From contig CM035357.1 of NCBI GenBank assembly GCA_020137815.1, forward strand, positions 5,642,001-5,706,000: a stretch of DNA of 64,000 nt. Reading direction: 5' to 3'. This stretch comes from Hormiphora californensis. Its lineage: Eukaryota > Animalia > Ctenophora. Shown here piece after piece: positions 55,336 through 64,000 of the stretch; within the stretch, counting starts at the first letter, position 1; every line of letters starts with the position of its first letter. A model generated the notes under the pieces. That model saw nothing but the letters and a program-made list of their open reading frames with translations, did no database searches and was not told where the DNA came from. The position numbers were made by a program, and so were the translations under genes.

Positions 55336-58120
55336 ATACAAATACAAATACAAATACAAATATACATTTATTGTCCGCTTTTCATTGTCCATATTTTAAA
55401 GAACAACACGAGTTCTGTTAGGTCTTGACTACTTGCATCACTTGGTGCGGACTTCGTCTCACTAACTCTCGTTTCAAAAGCGGTTAGTTCTATACCAAGG
55501 ATTTCCAATTATTATTGCAAGATGATATTTTTCTGAAGGTAAGTCTTGTTAGTTAAACGACATTTAAATCGGATGATGAAATATACTGTCTCTGCTTACT
55601 GCAGATTGATAAAATATGCTCTTGGATCTAAGGATCCAGAAATAAATACTTTAGCACCAGGGCTTTAGCCCTTAAACAATCGATACTGTCTTATACAACC
55701 TGGGTGCGGACTGTGGATCCAACTACTTCACCTGTAGGAGAACCAAGGAGCGGAAGAGAAGTCATACTCGCTGTAGCCTGCATCTCACCACACTGGCTGT
55801 ACTTCTATAAGTAAAGCCCAACACACTCCACTACACCATGCCATACCGACTGTACTTCTATAAGTAAAGCCCAACACATTCCACTGCACCACACCATTCT
55901 GGCTGTACTTCTATAAGTAGAGCCCAACACACTCCACTACACTACATCATACTGGCTTCACTTCTTTAAGTAAAGCCCAACACACTCCACTGCACTACAC
56001 CATACTGGCTGTACTTCTATAAGTAAAGCCCAACACACTCCACTGCACCACACTATACTGGCTGTACTTCTATAAGTTGAGCCCAACACACTCCACTGCA
56101 CTACACCATACTGGCTGCACTTCTATAAGTAAAGCCCAACACGCTCCACTGCACTACACCATACTGGCTGCACTTCTATAAGTAAAGCCCAACACGCTCC
56201 ACTGCACAACACCTCACTGCAACCCTTCCACCCCCATACCCCAATTTTGGTGTCCATTTATAATTTATATTTCCCCCTTTTTTCTTTACCCCTTTTTTTT
56301 GTCTTTTTTTCTTTTTCTTTTTTCTTTTTTTCTTTTTTTTTTTTTCTTTTTTTTTTTTGGATCTTTTCTGCTTTACTTTTTTTTTTTTTTTTACCGAGTT
56401 CTGGGGATCCGTCACATAAAAAGAATAAGTATTAAATATAAATTAGTAAGAAAGACCAGTTTAGAAAGCGTGAGTGAAAAGAGTACTGGTCGTTCTAACT
56501 AACTTCACGGTTTCACACTCTAATTCGGGATCCTCAACTCGCTCTCGTCTCTCTACCACAATTCTCTTAGTATACATTGTCTTCACACATTGTTTTTTTT
56601 TTAACACTCGTATGCCTTCCGGAAGAAGTGGGTTTTCAGGTTGGATTTGAATGATGTGATGGATGAGCTTTCCCGAAGAGAAGAAGGTAAGCTATTCCAT
56701 ATTTCCGGAGCAGCGACACTAAACGCACCTTTACTCGAACAATATCTGGCATAGTTCTTGTCAAGTAAGGTTTTGTCAGCATCCCTTCGTAGACTTTTTA
56801 ACTTCGGTTGACGGAGTGTTATCATCTTCGAGAGGTAAGGTGGGGCTATACCATTCAGTGTTTTGTATGTCAGTAGACACAACTTGTACTGTACTCTTTC
56901 TCGAACGGGTAGGAAATGAAGCTGTTTGCGAAGGTTTGTGGTGCCTTGGTAGAGGCGTTGTCCAAAGACGAAACGGGCCGCAGAGTTTTGAATCTTCTGT
57001 AATCGACCTATGTCTTTGGCAGAAGAACCAGCAAGGAGGCTGTTACAGTAGTCCAGTCTGCTGTGTATTAAACTGTTAACGAGTTTGACTTTCAGATTAA
57101 CACCCAACATTCTGTGGATTTTCCAAAGATTCATAAGGGCTAGTTGACACGTCCTTACGGTTCTGGATACGTGACCAGATAGGGAGAGCTCTGAGTCCAG
57201 AAATACACCAAGGTTCCTTACTAGTGTAAGTGGCTTTGTTGATTCATGGTTGCTCATCGTTTGAAGGCTTTCAGGGTTTTCTGTTTTATCATGTTTGTTG
57301 TTTAACACGATGATTTCAGTTTTGCTGGGGTTGAGTCTGAGGAAGTTCTTGGACATCCACGCTTTGATGTGGTTTAAGCAACCCTGCAGTTTCGTCTCGA
57401 GGTCTAGGAGAGAATCGTTGCTGAAAGAAACATACAGTTGAGTATCATCGGCGTATAGTTCGACCATTAGTCCATGGTGCCTTGCAATACTTTCTAACTC
57501 CTTTGTATACAAAATGAACAACAGTGGTCCAAGTATAGAGCCCTGTGGCACTCCGATGTTGATGGCTAAGGGCGAGGATGTAGAGGTCTCAATTTTCACA
57601 GAAGCTTTCCTATCTTTGAGGTAGGAGGCAAACCATTCAAGGGCAGTACCTTCAACGCCATAATTCCTCCTCAGTTTCCCAAGTAATAATTCATGGTTAA
57701 TCGTATCGAAGGCAGCACTGAGGTCTAGCAATACAAGTACTGCCTTCGACTTCGTGTCTGTAATTAGAAGAAGATCATTCACTACTTTCACCAGTGTGGT
57801 CTCGGTGCTATGATGTTTCCGGTACGCCGATTGAACTCCTGGAAACAGTTCGTTCGTCTCAAGGTGCTCCGTAAGCTGTATAGACGCACACTTTTCAATT
57901 AGCTTGGATATAAAAGCTAAGTTGGATACCGGTCTGTAGTTATTGAGTTCTTCCGGGCTTCCTTTCTTCTTGAACGAGGGTCGAATCAGTGATTGCTTCA
58001 GCTGCTCAGGAACTAAACCTTCTTGTAGGCTTTTGTTGACAATGTCAGAGATTAGAGGTAGTAACTTTGGGAGAACACCTACAAGTTTGCTGGTAGGGAT
58101 TGGATCGAGATCACAGTGCT
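55336..58120 (-). mobile_element. 5'-truncated L2-clade LINE (RT frame ~58118-56601)
   Basis: CDLDPIPT, NYRPVSNLAFISKLIEK, LLDLSAAFDTINH, GVPQGSILGPLLF, YADDTQLY, SRLDYCNSLL and FKSNLKTHFF. The putative 3' end is aataaa plus (TTTGTA)n at ~55336-55375; this 3' boundary is inferred. Confidence 0.85.
55785..56215. repeat. 53-bp minisatellite, ~8 copies
   Basis: Unit ctggctgtacttctataagtaaagcccaacacactccactgcactacaccata, recurring at 55801, 55854 ... 56172. Confidence 0.9.
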
Positions 58121-58867
58121 TTTTTATTTTTTATTTGCGCGTGCGGTATCTTCTGCGCGTGGTGTCCCCTGCGCGCGGTATCTTCTGGATGGGGAGCTCT
58201 CTTTGATGTGGTGCGCTCTCGGAGTGGTGTCTTTTGGAGGTGGTACGCTCTTGGATGGGGTGCGCTCTTGAACTTTATTATGGTTCCTTATAATAATAAC
58301 GAAAAAAAGAAAAGAAAACGATTTTTCCACAAAAAGTTTTTCTTGCGATATTTCGCGAAATCTATCACGCGCGCGGCGCGGCGGAGAAATGTGTTGCACT
58401 AACTTTGTAAAAGCGCCTTCCGTCATTTTGCAAATTTTGTCACCGCTATTATGACATCATCTAGTAAGGAAATCGCGTCCAAACCTTCAGGCCTTATCCG
58501 ATAAGATCTGCATTGGAAGCAGGAGGCCTCATGGTATGTGGAATCCACCACTGTACATGTAAGACTATAAGTGTATTTGCAAATTGAGAGAATAGCTTAA
58601 TTTTGGGGAGTAAAACTTGGTAAAGGTCACATATCATACACATTCGAAACTAAAACATAAAATACACTTCTCAGTGAGGGTTGCTATATACACATATTGT
58701 GGGTCTAGTGACAACTATACATTGTATAACAATGTACGGAATAACGTGCTCTAAAACTCTGAACACAATATCAGACCTAAAACAATATCCTGTCCTAACT
58801 CCCACACATTCCCGATGTCCCTTTATACTGTCCCGAACACTTATATCAATGATATCATCATGTCCAT

Positions 58868-60810
58868 TTATTTCTTAGCAGTCCACTTGTAGGTGCTGGA
58901 GAACTTGAATCCAAGATCCCCGATAAACTTGTCAGCTTCTTCGGGACCTCGTGTACCGTACATGTACTGGACAGGCTCCTTTTGGCCTGCGTCCAACTTG
59001 TGAAGAAGGGGTGTGAAGATCCTCCAGGCCTCTGCTAACTCGTCACTGAATGGGGCGGGTGTGTCAGTGTGGTCTAACTACTGTTGTTAAGTAAGGGGTT
59101 ACTCAGACAACAAACCTAGTGCAGGACGCAGGTCATGTAGGATATCGTTATGCTCTAACCCTCCTTTAAATTTGTAACAGAGTCTAGCTAGGCAAGTAGG
59201 ACACAAGACTTTACCCTTACTCCTACTCATTGTAACACTACAAAACTTCAACTTAATGACTAGGGGGTTACTCAACAATACAAAACATGATCGTTATACT
59301 CACGTTCGAACGAAGTTGGTCTGGGAACCCAGGATGAAGTCCAGTATCAGTCTCTCATATGCATCAGGTAGATCCAGACCCTCAAATCGGTCATGGTAAC
59401 TCAGGTTCAATTCAGATTCTACAGTGTTGAATGACATACCAGGAGACTTGACATTCATCTTACAGTATACCGCCTGAAAGAAGTTGAATGTGTTAGGATG
59501 ATTAAGATTACCCCTTTTTTGTCGGAATACACTTTTATTTGATCAGTAATCTTTAAAACTGTCCCCCATTTGATCTCATTTAACCTCGTTTTACCCCAAT
59601 TTTACCCTATTTTACCTCGGAAGGTTGTACTCGGATGACCAGTTCGTTCCTCCTGCACATATTCCCGAAAATATCACTGGGAGTGTCCTTAAACTGAATC
59701 CTAATTTCAGCCTTCCTCTCATTCAGGGCTTTACCTACGGAGAGAGGGTTGTTTTATTGAATACATCCCATGTGTTCTGTTTTCTCAGGGTTAAAACATA
59801 ACTACTGTCAGCGAAATGCCTGACCAGTCTCCTCGCTCCATGCTGGTGCTAGAAACATACCAGCTACTTACCGCACTTGAGAATGAATGGAACTCCCGCC
59901 CACCTATCATTATCAATATGCATTTTAGCCATGGCATAAGTTGGTGTTTTAGAGTCAGCTGGGACACCTGGATCCTCTTTATACCCAGTACGGGCGTCAT
60001 CAGTCTTACCATCTGGGTTACCAACATACTGACCAATAACTACATCATCCAGTTCAATGGGCTTAATAAACTTTAGCACTTTTACCTAGGGGATTGTGGT
60101 TTGTTCTGAGAGAGGGCCGAGCAAGGATAGTTTGGTATTCACTGGTTACATTACCCACCAAGGCACACTAGTAAAGGATATGAGTATTTTAAAACGGGCT
60201 CAAAATTAGGAATTTAGTTTTGTACCTTTTCGTCCCTAATGTCCGAGGCATCTACAGAGACAGGTCTCTCCATAGCTACCAAACATAGGATCTGCAGTAG
60301 ATGATTCTGCATAACATCCCTGATGGAATATATTTTGTGTGATTAATTTATCTGAAAAAACGGGCTCACAGTGCTCACCAGATGATTCATTTAACGTGAC
60401 CTGAACCACACAAATCCAATTCCGTGTCCCCAAGTTCCCAAATATTTCCCACGGTTTTCAACGCGCGCGTGAATCTCGCGCACAGTTTACCAATCTGAAC
60501 CGTTCGGCGACCGCGCCCGCATCCCTTCTCACAAGTTGCCCTTAGCTATCATGCAAGCCCCTCATGGATAAGGGACATTAATGAATATAATTATGCACGA
60601 TAAAGAGATAATTACCTAATAATTCCACTGGTGTCAAAGTACCCAGCTCGGCCGGCAGTACCAAAGTCCTCCTTGAAGGTGATCACAACATTGGAGATCT
60701 TGTCCCGATTCCAAACTGATCGGAGGAGCTCATTTCCAAAGCGCAGAATAATGAGATTGAGAACCATCTCTTTACCGAGGTAGTGGTCAATTCGATATAT
60801 CTCGTGCTCT
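58868..60810 (-). CDS. G6PD: glucose-6-phosphate dehydrogenase, 3' six exons (5' exons not found in the window)
   Basis: Exons 60810-60616, 60319-60226, 60085-59872, 59734-59616, 59473-59304, 59045-58868. Motifs: [72 protein letters not shown]. Confidence 0.95.
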
Positions 60811-61775
60811 CTGTGTGGGAGGGATAATTAAGTAGTGTAGGACTGTAGGAATTGGGATGGAGCGGGGGATGGAAGCATACGGTGATGAGGTTAAATCACT
60901 GCGCTGGCAAGCGCAAAGGTTGCCATTCCCCCCCCCTCAAAAAGCGCCGCCAGAAACGCAGTTATACGTTTTATGGGTGTTTGGCTGAAAATCCAGATTT
61001 CAGAAGGCTATAGCGTGGCTCCCTTTCATCCGTTTGACTTGAAATTTGGAATGTATACCCGGCTTGGGGTCTTTGACTCAAGTTCAAAATTTCAAGTCTC
61101 TATCTCATCTGGAACCGAAGTTACAGACAGGTCCCATTTGCCCTAAATTCAGTGTAACAGGCATGCGCGCGCGCGCATAGGAGAGACGCTTTTTATAAGT
61201 GAATGTGACGCCAAACGAAAAGAGATAGAGACTTCATCTTTTCACAGCTGGTAGATCTACTGGATGTGTGTGCATTAGTCGTAGTGGGGCCCCTTTTCAT
61301 CGCCAGGAACGTCCTACAGAACGTCTTAAAGTCGTCATTTTTCAGACTCTAACCAAAATTCTTTGAGCTCAATTTACACCCTGAAGACGGATTCTAATCG
61401 AAAATCGAAGACTATATCATGGAAAGAGAATTGTCTGAACTTTCAGAAACTATATTGTGAATTTTGAAAACCAGACGTATAAGGGTCTTAAAACGCGTCT
61501 GAAGTGTTATGACTGTTTAAAAACAGATATGACGTTATGGGGTTTTTCGCTATAGCGGACTCAAATCTCATCCAATCGATCTCAAACTTGGTCAGTATCT
61601 TCATCTAGGTGGGCCCGATAATATGACGTCATAATTTTGACGTTACAACGTCGTGACGTCATTTTATGACGTCAAAATGACGTCAAAAATGTAAATTTCT
61701 CAATTTCGCGACTCTAACCTCTCTGTACCTATTCTACTAACTCTACATGGATAAAAAATCCCAAAAATGATGCAT

Positions 61776-63721
61776 ATTATACCAAAACTAATTGAAATTA
61801 GTAGGCCGGAAAGGTTGCCCTATGATTTGAGCTACCTTTGGCACCAGTACATTCCCTTAAATTGAAGATAGACGAAGCATATGTTTTACCCTGTCTGCAC
61901 CCCGGCCCGTGAATGTTACAGTGGCAAAGGTAGCTCAAATCATAGGGCAACCTTTCCGGCCTACTAATTTCAATTAGTTTTGGTATAATACATACATACA
62001 TACAAGGCACCACCATTTTGCAAACATTCGCCTGGAAAAACGGCTAAAGCTAGAGCCCTGAAATTTTAAACTTAGGTTAATCTAGTTATTCTGTGTGTCA
62101 TAAAGTATGTGGCATCTTGATTGGAGATCATTAAGTCATTAATTATGCATAATTTATGTATAAATTTATGAGTATCTCGGTAATGACGCATACTAGAGAG
62201 AAATCGATGGTTCTTACCGACTCTAAATATTCGATTTATGGGGGGTCTTACTCGGGACAATTTTCTCTAACTTGAACCGTTAAGGAGTTATATGCGCATA
62301 ATTATGACAATATGCATATCTGAATATCTCAAGTTCTACTCATGATAGCGGCTTTTCATTGGTCGCATTGGACGGTAAAAAGTCGATTTGTGGGGGGTCG
62401 TCCCCCGGACAAAAAGTCGTATCTTGCACCGTTTAGCCGTTATTTGCATATTTATGCGCCGATTCATGATTTAATGCATATTCTGAATATTTCCACTTCA
62501 GCTGGTCCTAGAACGTTTTCATGGACATATTTCGACGCAAAATGGTCGATTTGTGGGGGGTCGTCCCCCGGACAAAAAGTCGTATCTTGTACCGTTTAGC
62601 CGTTAATTGCATATTTATGCGCGGATTCATGATTTAATGCATATTCTGAATATTTCCACTTCAGCTAGTCCTAGAACGTTTTCATGGACATATTTCGACG
62701 CAGAATGGTCGATTTATGGGGGGTCGTCCCCCGGACAAAAAGTCGTATCTCGCACCGTTTAGCCATTATTTGCATATTTATGCACCGATTCATGATTTAT
62801 GCATTTTCTGAATATTTCAACTTCAGCTGGTCCTAGAAAGTTTTCATGGACATATTTCGACGCAGAATGGTCGATTTATAGGGGGTCGTCCCCCGGACAA
62901 AAAATTGTATCTCCCACCGTTTAGCCGTTATTTGCATATTTATGCGCCGATTCATGATTTAGTGCATATTCTGAATATTTCCACTTCAGCTGGTCCTAGA
63001 AAGTTTTCATGGACATATTTCGACGCAGAATGGTCAATTTATGGGGGGTCGTTCCCCGGACAAAAAGTCGTATCTCGCACCGTTTAGCCGTTATTTGCAT
63101 ATTTATGAGCCGATTCATGATTTAATGCATATATTCTGAATATTTCCACTTCAGCTGGTCCTAGAATGTTTTCATGGACATATTTCGAAGCAGAATGATC
63201 GATTTATGGGGGGTCGTCCCCCAGACAAAAAGTCGTATCTCGCACCGTTTAGCCGTTATTTGCATATGTATGTGCCGATTCATAATTTTATGAATTATCT
63301 GAATATTTCCACTTCAGCTGGTCGTAGAATGTTTTCATGGACATATTTCGACGCAGAATGGTCGAATTATGGGGGTCGTTCCCCGGACAAAAAGTCGTAT
63401 CTCGCACCGTTTAGCCGTTATTTGCATATTTATGATACCTGTTTACAAAAATCCTGAGAAACTAGACCAAAAAACAAAAGAAATTTGTTTGGAAAACCCG
63501 TGGCCTTTTGTCGATACTTGACGCTGCGGGAATTGCACCCTTCGTCAGAGCAAGACGTGTGGAAGAGTGAGACAGAGAATGTGCGTGTGTTAGAACTTAG
63601 AGAGAGATGGCACAACAATACCTTTAGTAGCTCAGATTATGGGTGCATTTCCCGCAGCGTCAAGTATCGACAAAAGGCCACGGGTTTTCCAAACAAATTT
63701 CTTTTGTTTTTTGGTCTAGTT
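61776..63721. mobile_element. DINE/Helentron-like non-autonomous element with central tandem repeats
   Basis: 5' long inverted repeat TTATACC...GGTATAA (61776-61989), then (TACA)n, a ~163-bp tandem array, and a 3' long hairpin AACTAGACC...GGTCTAGTT (63460-63721). The superfamily is inferred from architecture only. Confidence 0.5.
62380..63435. repeat. ~163-bp tandem repeat, ~6.5 copies
   Basis: Motif gggggtcgtcccccggacaaaaagtcgtatc recurs at ~62392, 62556, 62718, 62881, 63044, 63208 and 63371. Confidence 0.92.
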
Positions 63722-64000
63722 AATATACCATTTCATTCAGGGAGGGATGAGAGGAAGAAAAGATTTGATTTTCATAGGATTGGATGAATATTTTGGATTA
63801 GGACTCCACCAGGTGTATATTATCACACAGGACAAAGGACATATTATATTCATAAGTCACGGAATCACCATAGGTAATGACAGTAGAGGGAGAAACGGGT
63901 AGACAGGACTAATTTTGTGGGTATTAATTATGTTGGGTATTAGACAGCAATTGAGAGGGATTAACACAGGAAGAGCAATTTAAAGTGAGAATAAATTAAG

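Larger units (their letters stand above)
55108..58290. mobile_element. Mutator-like MITE (9-bp TSD) split by a LINE insertion
   Basis: TIR TAAGGAACCATAATAAAGTTCAAGAG ... CTCTTGAACTTTATTATGGTTCCTTA, with subterminal aagagcgcacc repeats (55108-55330 / 58136-58290) and TAATAATAA on both flanks. Confidence 0.7.

Noticed and set aside
56176-56502. Lys-rich / Phe-rich ORFs
   Set aside because: Poly-T low-quality patch.
61381-61410. CTGAAGA...GAAA hammerhead-like core
   Set aside because: Stem II would need a 2-nt loop, and no stem I or III pairing is available.

Overview
Eukaryotic, intron-rich animal DNA, most likely a ctenophore of the Pleurobrachia/Hormiphora type. That assignment is an inference from a ctenophore-type secreted domain at 45329 and a repeat family I recognise from memory, not from a search. 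Most of bases 1-8000 and several internal patches look like low-quality consensus, and four single-base frameshifts fall inside otherwise well conserved exons. Host genes: a delta-catenin/p120-family armadillo gene (+, ~9434-24618, ending in DSWV), and a co-oriented minus-strand run G6PD (3' part) > PDHB > RMC1 > SHP2/PTPN11-like, with an antisense secreted-domain gene nested in RMC1 intron 3. Mobile DNA is dense: three 5'-truncated LINEs with open RT frames, two ~1.3-kb palindromic TIR elements, several MITEs, Helitrons and a DINE-like element with a 163-bp array. The most unusual signals are three. (1) A 7.8-kb block (25830-33636) bounded by tandem Helitron units (A-A-B ... B-A-A), whose outer flanks rejoin into one A|T target and which encloses an F-type lectin gene and orphan exons. 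(2) Tandem arrays built from splice junctions: 49 donor copies in the lectin gene, 9 in-frame acceptor copies in delta-catenin, and smaller cases in other genes. (3) A minimal Penelope-type hammerhead ribozyme inserted into one Helitron unit.
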